The notes under the pieces: generated by a model
Told to the model about the DNA's origin: nothing
Database searches by the model: none
What the model saw: the letters and a program-made list of their open reading frames with translations, nothing else
Assembly: GCA_043801965.1 (NCBI GenBank)
Contig: JAZDLN010000017.1
Span: forward strand, 1 to 54,565
Origin: Candidatus Falkowbacteria bacterium
GTDB lineage: Bacteria; Patescibacteriota; Patescibacteriia; Patescibacteriales; UBA12075
Length of the DNA: 54,565 nucleotides
Direction: 5' to 3'
Shown here: positions 17,672 to 26,854 of the stretch, piece after piece
Layout of the letters: every line of letters begins with the position of its first letter
Position numbering within the stretch: the first letter of the stretch is position 1
Program-made: the position numbers and the translations under genes

Positions 17672-18178
17672 TTACAGTACACAACCAAAATCTTTAGCAA
17701 CCCTTAAGCACTCTGCTCTTAGTTCTTTTAACCGTTTAGAACTTAATGGATTATTTTTTAAATTTAATAGCGGGCAATATTTTTTAATATACTTTTTTTC
17801 TTTTTTATTCATATCTTTCCAATCATCATTCCAGGATAGATTTATGTTTGAGTTTATCCACTCAATAATCTTATCCCTGTCAACTGACGAAAATTTATAA
17901 TTACTACCGTAACGCAAAGATCCTCTTTCCGGCAAGTATCCTAGAACAGCGCCCAGACTACGAAAAAAAGTTCCCGGACCCTTTGCCTGGAGCTCTTGAC
18001 CCAATCTCTTTTTTAAAGACTTAGACGCCATCCCGATATATAAAAATTTTTTTCTTCTATCTAATTCAGCGGCAAACTCATCTGGTAATTTACGGGCGTC
18101 TTTTACTTGCAAACAATAAATACCGGGTTTGTCTGGAATGTTGATATTATTTTTTAAGAGGTTAAAATCAAAAATCAT
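17672..18178 (-). CDS. GIY-YIG nuclease family protein
   Basis: PGIYCL...LYIGMASKSLKKRL...CPLLN. Confidence 0.85.
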   Translation of the reverse strand: MIFDFNLLKNNINIPDKPGIYCLQVKDARKLPDEFAAELDRRKKFLYIGMASKSLKKRLGQELQAKGPGTFFRSLGAVLGYLPERGSLRYGSNYKFSSVDRDKIIEWINSNINLSWNDDWKDMNKKEKKYIKKYCPLLNLKNNPLSSKRLKELRAECLRVAKDFGCVL

Positions 18179-18227
18179 TTCTAAACTTCGATGATTATTT
18201 TAGTACCGGTTTTTTTGACAATCTTAT

Positions 18228-18950
18228 TTAAAAACCAAACTTTTTGATATCTGTTTTATGCGCGAACTCCAGAAATTCAAATAATTTATTAAGCGATGAC
18301 AAGACTTCTTTTTCTTTCAGGTTGTTCATCATTACATGGGTCTGCCACCAATGGGGGAATTCTTTTATGATGAAATCTTTTCTAATCAGTTCAAATTCCA
18401 AGAAGCCAACATGCAAAACGCGCTCAAAGAAAATATCGGCCACCTCGAAGTGCTTGTCCGCCGTTTTCTTGGTTAAAGTCGAATCCAAATACTTCCGATA
18501 ACCAGGTAGAACATCCTCGTTTATCCATTTTTTAAACGGCACTTGCAATCTTTTCATTTCTTTAAGCATAGCCTCGTATTCATCCCACTCCATTTCCCGG
18601 CCCCCGACTACAACTTTCGGCATTTCCCGCTTTCCGGGATCGGGACGCGGTTCCAGGTTTGAGACTTCAGAGTCATAAACTTCGGCTGGCGATTTGCCGC
18701 CCAGAGAATCATGCGGAAAATAATTCCAGGCATCGGTAAGCACGCGTACGATTACCTGCATTTCTTCCGAATTTATATTTTCCGGAAAACAAGCAAGGCA
18801 TTTCTTCTGGAATTTATGCACGGCTTCCGAGGCAGTCTTCCCTGATTCTTTTTGGACGAATCTTTTTACTTTGGCCACTGTTAATTTCGGCTCCAGTTTA
18901 TATTTTTTAATAAGATCGGAGAGATCTTTTTCGGTTTGTTTGGTATCCAT
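18228..18950 (-). CDS. Hypothetical protein
   Basis: 240-aa ORF; DAWNYFPHDSLGGKSPAE motif. Confidence 0.7.
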   Translation of the reverse strand: MDTKQTEKDLSDLIKKYKLEPKLTVAKVKRFVQKESGKTASEAVHKFQKKCLACFPENINSEEMQVIVRVLTDAWNYFPHDSLGGKSPAEVYDSEVSNLEPRPDPGKREMPKVVVGGREMEWDEYEAMLKEMKRLQVPFKKWINEDVLPGYRKYLDSTLTKKTADKHFEVADIFFERVLHVGFLEFELIRKDFIIKEFPHWWQTHVMMNNLKEKEVLSSLNKLFEFLEFAHKTDIKKFGF

Positions 18951-18989
18951 ACGTTGCGAAACAATTTGTTGAAATAATTTAGTTGCATT

Positions 18990-20483
18990 TTATATATCTT
19001 CATCTTCTCTGTATAAATAATCTTCCCGGCTCATATTATATTTTTCCTGTTCTATGTATTCAATCAATGTGTCATAAAAATAATTTTTATCAGGTTTTAT
19101 ATTTTCGACTGGATAAATATCTATTCGTCCTGAATGACTCCCGTTCTGGAAACTTTGAATTTGATATTTGTTTAACCAAGTTGTATTAACATTTGGTTTG
19201 ATTTTAAGCAAATATCTTAACATCAAGCTTGTTGACTCTTTATAAACCCAATTGGATTCCTTTATTTTTTTTGTCTTCGATTTTAAAATTATCTTTAATA
19301 TATTAATAGCGTCTTCTTTGCTCCCGCATATTGATATATATAACTTTATAGCTATATTAAGTAACAAATTACCATAATCGACAAACGGGTCATTTCCTGT
19401 ATAACCCCCCTTACCCAATTCGGAAAAACAATTATTTACCGGCTTGAACAATTGTCGTAAATTCATCTTGTGAACATCAAAAGAGGCACTAAAAATCTCC
19501 ATTAAGAAAACACCAATTATCCCGCTTCGACCGAGAGCCTTTTTTAAACTCTCTTCGCATTGTATTTGCTGTATAAGTTGTGAAATCCTCTCCTTAATCG
19601 CCTTATTGTTGTCAAAGGCAAATGGAGATACCGTAAAAAACTTATCAATATAACCCTGAAAATCGATATTTTCTCCGTATCGATTATGAAAAATACTTCG
19701 AATATTTTTAAAGTCGCCAACAACTATTATATGATCAAAACCGAATTTATTTTCCTCATCTTCGTCCATGTGCACCGAAAGCACGTTAAGAATCCTAAAA
19801 ATATGTTCGGGATCCACTCTGTCGAAATCGTCCAGAATAAGGACGCTTAACTTATCGCCCTTTAACTCTTTAATTTTCCCTCGTAACAAATGACCGATAT
19901 AATCAGTCGCAACTAAATCTTTTTTAGCCTCAACCTCGCTCACGAATTTATCTATTATTCCTTTTTCACCCGAAAGATATGCTTTTTTAAATTCTTGAAA
20001 CTCTTTATCTAAATCTAAAATGTCATTTAGGGGTCTGCCTAGCTTGCTAAGTACCTGAAATAGGAAGTCGGGAGAAAGAGATAGTAATCCTTCCCCGGAA
20101 TCCAAGGCTGATTTTAATAATTTATTGACCAAACCACGGTCTTTACAAAAAGCGGCAAAAAGCTTGAAGTTTTCTTTAATGCCATTCGCTTTTTTATCCT
20201 TAAAAGCATCCGGATAAATCTTAAGCAATTCAACTAATAAATCATATTTAAGGAGTTCAATGATATTCTCATTACACGAGATTTGATAACGAACTGGAAA
20301 AAGATGATAAACGTCGTATTTTCCATTATGAATCTTAAAAAACTCTCGTAAAAAATACGTTTTACCTATCCCATAAACGCCGGAGAAAAAAATCCGTTTA
20401 TTTTTTCCGTCCGTGCCTATAAAATTTTCAAAATCGCCCTTAGGTAAATCAATTGGAATAATATTTTTTTCTTCTTGACTCAT
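18990..20483 (-). CDS. KAP-family P-loop NTPase
   Basis: Walker A GVYGIGKT, Walker B VLILDDFDRVDP, YIDKFF; start at ATG 20483. Confidence 0.85.
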   Translation of the reverse strand: MSQEEKNIIPIDLPKGDFENFIGTDGKNKRIFFSGVYGIGKTYFLREFFKIHNGKYDVYHLFPVRYQISCNENIIELLKYDLLVELLKIYPDAFKDKKANGIKENFKLFAAFCKDRGLVNKLLKSALDSGEGLLSLSPDFLFQVLSKLGRPLNDILDLDKEFQEFKKAYLSGEKGIIDKFVSEVEAKKDLVATDYIGHLLRGKIKELKGDKLSVLILDDFDRVDPEHIFRILNVLSVHMDEDEENKFGFDHIIVVGDFKNIRSIFHNRYGENIDFQGYIDKFFTVSPFAFDNNKAIKERISQLIQQIQCEESLKKALGRSGIIGVFLMEIFSASFDVHKMNLRQLFKPVNNCFSELGKGGYTGNDPFVDYGNLLLNIAIKLYISICGSKEDAINILKIILKSKTKKIKESNWVYKESTSLMLRYLLKIKPNVNTTWLNKYQIQSFQNGSHSGRIDIYPVENIKPDKNYFYDTLIEYIEQEKYNMSREDYLYREDEDI

Positions 20484-20586
20484 TATTTTCTTAAATAAAT
20501 TTAGTCCAAACAAACAAAAATTGTTATAAACCAAATTTTCTATTACCGATATAGCATGAAAAAATTTTTTCTATGCATTAAAATTA

Positions 20587-20712
20587 TTATTCAGACCAAA
20601 TTTTCCTAATTTTTTCTTTCATCTTCCCCTCATAAACCCCAACCAACTTCTTAACCGCGTCCACCAACGTCCGCTCAGTTCAATTTTTTTCTTCAATTTG
20701 TTTTTGGATTTC
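20587..20712 (-). pseudogene. C-terminal relic of a type I/IIG methylase-specificity (HsdS-like) subunit
   Basis: EIQKQIEEK(N*)TERTLVDAVKKLVGVYEGKMKEKIRKIWSE* resembles the terminal helix of CPR N-6 methylase/S fusions (from memory). Confidence 0.6.
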
Positions 20713-20767
20713 AAATCAAATCAAAAAATAAACAGCCGCTGGCTGTTTGTTGGCTATTTGGTCATAT

Positions 20768-21862
20768 TTATGATTTAAAAATTTTACTTCTATGGTATGA
20801 TAAATATTTCAATCTTCCGTCATTAATAAATTCTCCATCCAACTTATAATTTTTTAAATAAGCCGACACCTCCTTCGTAAGCACATGAGATAAAATAATA
20901 TTACCATTATTTTTAAATGATATATACCCACGATCAAATAAAACATCCATGTTTCTGCTTAACAAAAGGCCGTTATTGGGATCATAAGCCTCGCTATTAT
21001 TAGAAATTACAAATGGCTTGATATGACTAGCAACCAATGAAGGATAAGATAATTTTTCAAGCATACATTTAATATCTCCCAGTTTTTCGTCAGTTTCATT
21101 TTTTAACTGATTCTTGAAAATCCTATGTAAATATCCATCCCTAACCCTGGTCTTCGCTCTAAGTTCTTCTGCGAACATGACTTGAGCGTCCTCTTCGAAA
21201 CATAGATAATCATCTATTATCATTAAGTCGTCTAATTTTTTTAGAATACCAAATAAATATCCGATTTGATTATACTTCCTCTCTTTAAATTTTATTTTTT
21301 GAGCGTATTCCCGAGCCTCAATTACTTCTTCACTAGTAAAATATCCCCTTGTAACCTTAGAGACATCAATCGTCATTAATCCTACTATATCCTCTTTGTG
21401 TAATTTTCCGACTTCTTCCAACGTTTTTAAAAGAAAGTTTATCTCCTTTTTGTCCGAATCATTCTTGACGGATCTACTAAAACTTGAATTTGAATATACG
21501 ATTCGTGAATATAATGACCTTCTCTTTCTGTTGGTTTTAGCTTCCAAAAATTCTTTTGCGAATTCGTGATAATTTTTGAGCTGATAATTAATAAACCCCA
21601 ATTTTACGAATTGATTTATGCTTTTTCTGACAGACCCCATATCGACCTTGGGGTAAGCAGCAATTATCTCTCTGCGCAAATCGTTATATTTGTTTTTATC
21701 GTATATAGTCATATCATGACTATCAATAAAGTCAACTATTATCTTTAAAGTTCCAATAAAATTCTTTCCATGAATATCTGTGTATTCTAGGGTCAACTTC
21801 CAATAATTTTCATAGTTCTGAAAAATCGTAACTTTTTTACTTTTAAATAATCTTTTCAGCAT
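20768..21862 (-). CDS. HNH restriction endonuclease, HphI-like type IIS candidate
   Basis: LVASHIKP...YDPNNGLLLSRNMDVLFDRGYISF; overlaps the MTase stop. Confidence 0.85.
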   Translation of the reverse strand: MLKRLFKSKKVTIFQNYENYWKLTLEYTDIHGKNFIGTLKIIVDFIDSHDMTIYDKNKYNDLRREIIAAYPKVDMGSVRKSINQFVKLGFINYQLKNYHEFAKEFLEAKTNRKRRSLYSRIVYSNSSFSRSVKNDSDKKEINFLLKTLEEVGKLHKEDIVGLMTIDVSKVTRGYFTSEEVIEAREYAQKIKFKERKYNQIGYLFGILKKLDDLMIIDDYLCFEEDAQVMFAEELRAKTRVRDGYLHRIFKNQLKNETDEKLGDIKCMLEKLSYPSLVASHIKPFVISNNSEAYDPNNGLLLSRNMDVLFDRGYISFKNNGNIILSHVLTKEVSAYLKNYKLDGEFINDGRLKYLSYHRSKIFKS

Positions 21863-23996
21863 ACATTTCGTTTTTTATAAGAAATAAATACTCCTTGTTG
21901 CTTTGCTTTTTTATTTTTCCTGTTACCTTGTAATCGTGTTTTTTTTCGATTACATCAATACTTTTAGAATACTTTCCGATTATACGTAAAAGATCATTTT
22001 TGGACGGATAAGAATTATTATTATAGCTTAACAACCAATATTTAAAATTAGATAGGTTGGCAAAGAGTTTATCAAATAAAATTATTGATAACTTTTTATC
22101 CATAAAATTATTTTCAAAAGCTTTAAGCTTTTTAGATTCGATATATTCATCAATGGGACCATAAAAACCAAAATAATTATTCATAGTACCGGTATATGGA
22201 GGGTCGAGATAAATAATATCTGCTTTTACTTTTTTTACTAATGAAAAAATATCTTGATTGTATGATTTATTGGATAAATTGTTATCAAAAACGGCACTAT
22301 TATAATCAGATAAATTTTCTAAAAAGTGTTCTTTAAATGATTTGTTGTGATAAGCTCTTTTTCTTTTATACTTTGCGTAACTATAGACTTCATCTCTTAA
22401 TTGTTTTATTTTTTCCCAATTTAAATTAAACCTAGAATACGGCATTTTTCGAACCATTGTCCTTCGTAATAAAATAAAAGCCATTGCTTTCTTATATTCC
22501 GATGATAGTTTTTCAATATTATTTCTGTATAAATCCAACTCCATGCATTCATTGGGAAAAAATAAAACATTAGAATAATTTTTGTACACAAAACCTTTTA
22601 CGGGCTTACCGGAAAAAATTATTTTGATATCCTCGTCCTTTAATATATCGCCTCTATTTTCTACAAGAGCCTTAGAGAGCATATAATTAATTTTCAAAAT
22701 ATCATTGCTTATTATTTTAAGGCCTCTTTTTTTCGCTTCATAGCTTACTGAGCCCCCTCCAGAAAAAGCATCAAAAACTGATTTTGCGTTTTTTGGAAAA
22801 TTATCGCAGATCCATTGTGTAATCTTTTCTTTATTGCCGATAAAATTAACTTTCGGAAATTTATTATTAAAAATTGAATCGGACGTTTGGACGGTTTTGA
22901 GCGCAGTCTCTTTTATGCATCTTGCAATTGCTTCCGCCATAAGAGGTGGGACCGCATTTCCGATTTGCTGCTGCTGTGATATTGTCGTACTTTTAAATAC
23001 AAAATCATCCGGAAATGATTGTAGTCTTGCCAATTCCCTTACTGTTAAGGCTCTATTTTGAGCATAGTGAAAAACTTTTCTCATATCGCCCGTAATTGTA
23101 ACTGCGGGTTTTTTACTGTTAAATCTTATATACTTTCTTACATCTCCCGACCCCGGTCTTAGTTTTATCGGAATTTCTTCCCTATTACCACCATCAGAAA
23201 CGTATTTCATTTTTTCCAGCATTTGCACGCTGTGGTTCATGGCTACATGATTCGGGATATGTGAAATTTCTCCCACCTTCAAAACAGGTAGACCTTTTAT
23301 TGCTTCTTCAACTGTTTTATATTTCTTTGTTTGTTCCGGAAACACAAAATGTTTAATAATTTTAGAACCAAAAAAAATAACTCTTTTTCTTATCTGCGGG
23401 ACGCCGTAATCTGCAGAATTCAAGATTTTACATTCAACCTCATAGCCGATTTTATTAAAATTCAATATTATTTCTTTTCTTGTTTCTCCGTTGTTGTGAG
23501 TATACAATCGAGCGACATTTTCCATAACAAAAAAGTTAGGTTGAACAATTCTAACAACTCTAACAAATTCTTTAAAAAGATAATTCCTGGGGTCGTTTAA
23601 AAATTTCCTGCCAATGTTGCCCGCGATACTAAATCCCTGACAAGGGGGCCCCCCAACCACAACATCAACCTTATTTTTTCCTATTATGCTTTTTATTTCT
23701 CCGTCGGTTAACTTTTCTATACATTTTTCTATTAGTGTATGATTCGGAAAATTCGCTTTATAAGTTTCACAAAAATTTTTCTCATTATCTAATGAAAAAA
23801 TATTATGAAATCCTGCTTTATCAAATCCAAGAGAGAATCCTCCCGCCCCGGAAAATAAATCAACATATGTTAACTTATCATTTTTATATGCCACATTTCT
23901 TCCCATAACTTTATTTGGGTTTACAAAATCTAAATAATCAAAAAGACTAATCTGTTTTCCCGTTCTATTTACTGTTAACTCTTTTAACATAGACAT
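21843..23996 (-). CDS. Fused C5-cytosine plus Dam-family N6-adenine DNA methyltransferase (M1/M2.HphI-like)
   Basis: DLFSGAGG, GGPPCQGFS, MENV, QIGNAVPP followed by FIGNKEK, DAFSGGGSVS, YLDPPY; the TTG start in the ORF track is the -35 box, so ATG 23996 is preferred. Confidence 0.92.
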   Translation of the reverse strand: MSMLKELTVNRTGKQISLFDYLDFVNPNKVMGRNVAYKNDKLTYVDLFSGAGGFSLGFDKAGFHNIFSLDNEKNFCETYKANFPNHTLIEKCIEKLTDGEIKSIIGKNKVDVVVGGPPCQGFSIAGNIGRKFLNDPRNYLFKEFVRVVRIVQPNFFVMENVARLYTHNNGETRKEIILNFNKIGYEVECKILNSADYGVPQIRKRVIFFGSKIIKHFVFPEQTKKYKTVEEAIKGLPVLKVGEISHIPNHVAMNHSVQMLEKMKYVSDGGNREEIPIKLRPGSGDVRKYIRFNSKKPAVTITGDMRKVFHYAQNRALTVRELARLQSFPDDFVFKSTTISQQQQIGNAVPPLMAEAIARCIKETALKTVQTSDSIFNNKFPKVNFIGNKEKITQWICDNFPKNAKSVFDAFSGGGSVSYEAKKRGLKIISNDILKINYMLSKALVENRGDILKDEDIKIIFSGKPVKGFVYKNYSNVLFFPNECMELDLYRNNIEKLSSEYKKAMAFILLRRTMVRKMPYSRFNLNWEKIKQLRDEVYSYAKYKRKRAYHNKSFKEHFLENLSDYNSAVFDNNLSNKSYNQDIFSLVKKVKADIIYLDPPYTGTMNNYFGFYGPIDEYIESKKLKAFENNFMDKKLSIILFDKLFANLSNFKYWLLSYNNNSYPSKNDLLRIIGKYSKSIDVIEKKHDYKVTGKIKKQSNKEYLFLIKNEMYAEKII

Positions 23997-24002
23997 ATTA
24001 AC

Positions 24003-24032
24003 AGTATAACACGAACAAAAAACGAAAGTCAA
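24003..24032 (-). promoter_or_regulatory. RM promoter sharing the dinB operator
   Basis: TTGACTTTCGTTTTTTGTTCGTGTTATACT; one mismatch to the dinB promoter over 24 nt. Confidence 0.75.
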
Positions 24033-24157
24033 TTTTCCCTAAAATTACATTGCGATAACACTTCAACTATACCACTTTAAAGTGCTTTAATCAACCAATA
24101 ACTTATGTTAATAACTTATCTTTTTTACAAATTGTTGAATGATAAACTTAACCCGCT

Positions 24158-24290
24158 GTCATGAACCCCCGTGGTTCATGTGTCTCCTGTGCGCTGGGAC
24201 GCGGGGCCTTCGCGATCATAAAAAGCACAAAAAAATTAAAATTCCTTGACGATAAAAAACCCGCGAAAATGGCCGCGGGTTTTTATGAAA
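24158..24290 (-). repeat. Structured intergenic element, copy A (includes terminator 24252-24286)
   Basis: GTCATGAACC-N5-GGTTCA, GCGC-N4-ACGC, ATCATAAAA, terminator; diverged copy at 39707-39835. Confidence 0.7.
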
Positions 24291-24313
24291 AATATTATAA
24301 TATCACTTCCGAA

Positions 24314-26608
24314 TCAGGGATTAAGGGTATTAGGAAGAGTCACGGTGAGGCTGTCCGAGCTTATGATACATTCCTCATAACCGTAATCCTCGACGCAGCC
24401 GTCGATATAAGCGCTTAAACCCAGAGTGCCGCCGTAATAAAGCTTCCACCAGTCGTCGTACTGGTACTGCGGCCAGCCGTCATGGTAAATAACCGTGGAC
24501 CAGCCGTGCATCGCCTCTTTGTGTCCCGGCACCCAGTATTCGCTCGGCGTGAAGACGATCGGGATAGCGACCGTTTCTCCCGGTTCCAGGGGCGGAATCT
24601 TTAGAATCGTCGATTCGAACATCTGGCCCTGGAGCGGCTCCGTGATCGCGACGCTTTCGCCGTAGGGCTCGATATTGTGGATCGAACTGCCGACCGGCCC
24701 GGCGTTATAGGCGCCGTTGTAGAAATACAGCCGATAGGGCGCTCCGGCCAGGCCGCCCCCGGGAAGATTATTCCGTTTGATCTCGAGCGTAACCTCGGCG
24801 TTGCGGTGGGTCGCTAAAGGATCCGGATGCGCCTTGACCCCGGGCGGGAGGCACAAGGGCTCGATCCCCTGCCGGTGGGCCTCTTCCGCGCCTAAGCAGG
24901 CCGGGTTCGTGTTCTTTTGGCTGTCGAGAACTTCCCTTAGCTTATCTTTTATGATCTCTTTACAGGCGACGTCGGGACAACCGGCCTGGGACGCGATCTC
25001 GCTCGCGAGGTAATCGAAGCCGCCGTCCACGAGTTCGTCGAAATTCGGGATTGTCGGCGGGATGCCCATGGCGGCGAGGCCGATATCGAGGCCGGCGCTG
25101 ATCGCCATCTTGCAGGCCGCGTCCCCGCCGCAAATCGCGCCCGCGATCGTGTCCACGACGGCCGACTTAAGGGCGTTATAGGCCTCCGATATCCAGTTGA
25201 GGCCGCTCTTGGCGAAATCCCAGAACAACTCGTACCAGGCCTGTTCGCCGACTCCCTGATAGGTCGCCGGGCAGACGCGGTCGCCGGCCTTTTTGTTCAC
25301 TCCCATACCGACCCAGTCGGTATCGAGGATAACGGCGCCGGTGCAGACGCCGGGCGCGGGCGCGCGGATCGGCTCGAAATCCCTGATTTTCACTTCGTAT
25401 ATCTTAGCTGGCGTGTAAATCTCCACGTCTGACTGCTCGGTCGGCTCGGTCAGCGTTATCTTTACTTCGTTCGTGGCCGCGCCGACAACCTGGCCGTTCC
25501 TCACCGGTACGACCCGCAGGTAGTATTCGTTATGGGGAAACTCCAGATTGGCGATGAGGCTGGCCTTATCCACGGTCATTTTCGGAGTCGATTTATAAAA
25601 CATTTTAGCCGCCAAACGGACCGGCGCCATGACCACGGCCTTGATTTTCACGAAGAGCCGGTGCCAGAAACCGGTTCCGGTCTCTTCCGTCGGCGCCGGA
25701 CGGGCGCTTACGGACGGCGGCGGCGTTAAAGCGCCGGAGTCCGCGTTACTAAGAGCCTCCGAAACGGCCAGGGACAGTTTTCCGGGCAAAGCGGTCGAAA
25801 AATCCTTCATGGCCGCGGTTGAGATGCCTACCAGGCCGGCGTCGAAAGGCGAGACGCCGGTCGAGATCGGCCGCGAATAGACTATGGCCGGTTCGTCGTT
25901 ATTTACGAAAGAAAAATATGAAACTTGCAAAAGTCCCTCTTTAATATCGCCCTGTCCTGTGCTATAGCGGATATCCCGGTCCCGGTTATCCGACTGGACG
26001 AAAGTTTCGCGCACCCAATGCGTTACGCCCATATCCCCCGAACAGCCGCTATCAAGGCCGCAGACGTCGAGTAAGGCTCCGACGTCGACCTTGGAAAAAT
26101 CCAGGGACAAAGCGCCGGCCGGTTTCTCTTCTGTTCGCTCGATCTCCGGCGCGCCCGCCGGTTTAAGCGTTCCCGCGCCGGTAGTTAGCTCTTCCGACAC
26201 GGACGGAGCGGACGGCACCGCGGTCGGCGTAGGCGTTACGGACGGCGGCGTAATCGAGGGAAGCGGCGGCAGACCGGATCCGGCTTCCGGGGTAGCGGTA
26301 TCGGGGTCGGTATCGGGCGAAGCTGTTTCGGCCGGGGCGGCAGGCGCTGGCGCGGCCGCCGTGGCGCCATCGGTCTCCGGTTCTTCGGCCGGAGGCGGGG
26401 CTATGACGGTCGAAGTGGCTAAAAGCATAGGCTCATCAGGCTCGTCGGACGGCACGGCTATCGGCCGGACGGGGATCGTGGGCGTAAATTCGAGGTCGGT
26501 CGGAGCTACCAGCGGCTTGACGGTCTTAAAATCAATGGCCAGGGCCGGAGCGGCGGACGAGAAGGCGAAAACCGCCACCAGGCAGATAATGATAAGCTTT
26601 TTAAACAT
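24314..26608 (-). CDS. Large secreted protein with Pro/Ala/Thr-rich linker
   Basis: Signal peptide (ALA cleavage), ~120-aa low-complexity linker, Cys-paired C-terminal region. Confidence 0.75.
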   Translation of the reverse strand: MFKKLIIICLVAVFAFSSAAPALAIDFKTVKPLVAPTDLEFTPTIPVRPIAVPSDEPDEPMLLATSTVIAPPPAEEPETDGATAAAPAPAAPAETASPDTDPDTATPEAGSGLPPLPSITPPSVTPTPTAVPSAPSVSEELTTGAGTLKPAGAPEIERTEEKPAGALSLDFSKVDVGALLDVCGLDSGCSGDMGVTHWVRETFVQSDNRDRDIRYSTGQGDIKEGLLQVSYFSFVNNDEPAIVYSRPISTGVSPFDAGLVGISTAAMKDFSTALPGKLSLAVSEALSNADSGALTPPPSVSARPAPTEETGTGFWHRLFVKIKAVVMAPVRLAAKMFYKSTPKMTVDKASLIANLEFPHNEYYLRVVPVRNGQVVGAATNEVKITLTEPTEQSDVEIYTPAKIYEVKIRDFEPIRAPAPGVCTGAVILDTDWVGMGVNKKAGDRVCPATYQGVGEQAWYELFWDFAKSGLNWISEAYNALKSAVVDTIAGAICGGDAACKMAISAGLDIGLAAMGIPPTIPNFDELVDGGFDYLASEIASQAGCPDVACKEIIKDKLREVLDSQKNTNPACLGAEEAHRQGIEPLCLPPGVKAHPDPLATHRNAEVTLEIKRNNLPGGGLAGAPYRLYFYNGAYNAGPVGSSIHNIEPYGESVAITEPLQGQMFESTILKIPPLEPGETVAIPIVFTPSEYWVPGHKEAMHGWSTVIYHDGWPQYQYDDWWKLYYGGTLGLSAYIDGCVEDYGYEECIISSDSLTVTLPNTLNP

Positions 26609-26738
26609 AAAATAAGTATTTATTAAATCAAAGATAACGCCATGGGATATCTTTTACTTTTTTATTTAATATTAAATAATTTTCATGTTTCAATGGTGGC
26701 ATTAAAATTTCCGCTGATAATAGAAATCTTATTTTTCA

Positions 26739-26767
26739 TTGACTTTTAATAACATCCGTGTTATCAT
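26739..26767 (+). promoter_or_regulatory. Sigma70 promoter with no downstream ORF
   Basis: TTGACT-17bp-TATCAT with a TG extended -10, pointing into the structured RNA. Confidence 0.7.
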
Positions 26768-26774
26768 GTATTCA

Positions 26775-26840
26775 AATGGTATTTGTGAGGGTTTCGACTC
26801 TCCCGCGGTTAAACACATAAAACCGCAGACAAATATCATT
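26775..26840 (+). ncRNA. Candidate ~66-nt three-way-junction small RNA
   Basis: Closing stem AATGGTATTTGT/ACAAATATCATT, hairpin GAGGGT-TTCG-ACTCTC, hairpin GCGGTT-N10-AACCGC; G-U wobbles work only on the plus strand. Confidence 0.65.
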
Positions 26841-26854
26841 GCAAAAAAAGCCTT

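Noticed and set aside
14826-20534. Integron cassette array
   Set aside because: No intI and no RYYYAAC...GTTRRRY attC hairpins recognised between genes
23997-24032. TTG start for the MTase given in the ORF track
   Set aside because: Coincides with the -35 box of the promoter; ATG 23996 fits better
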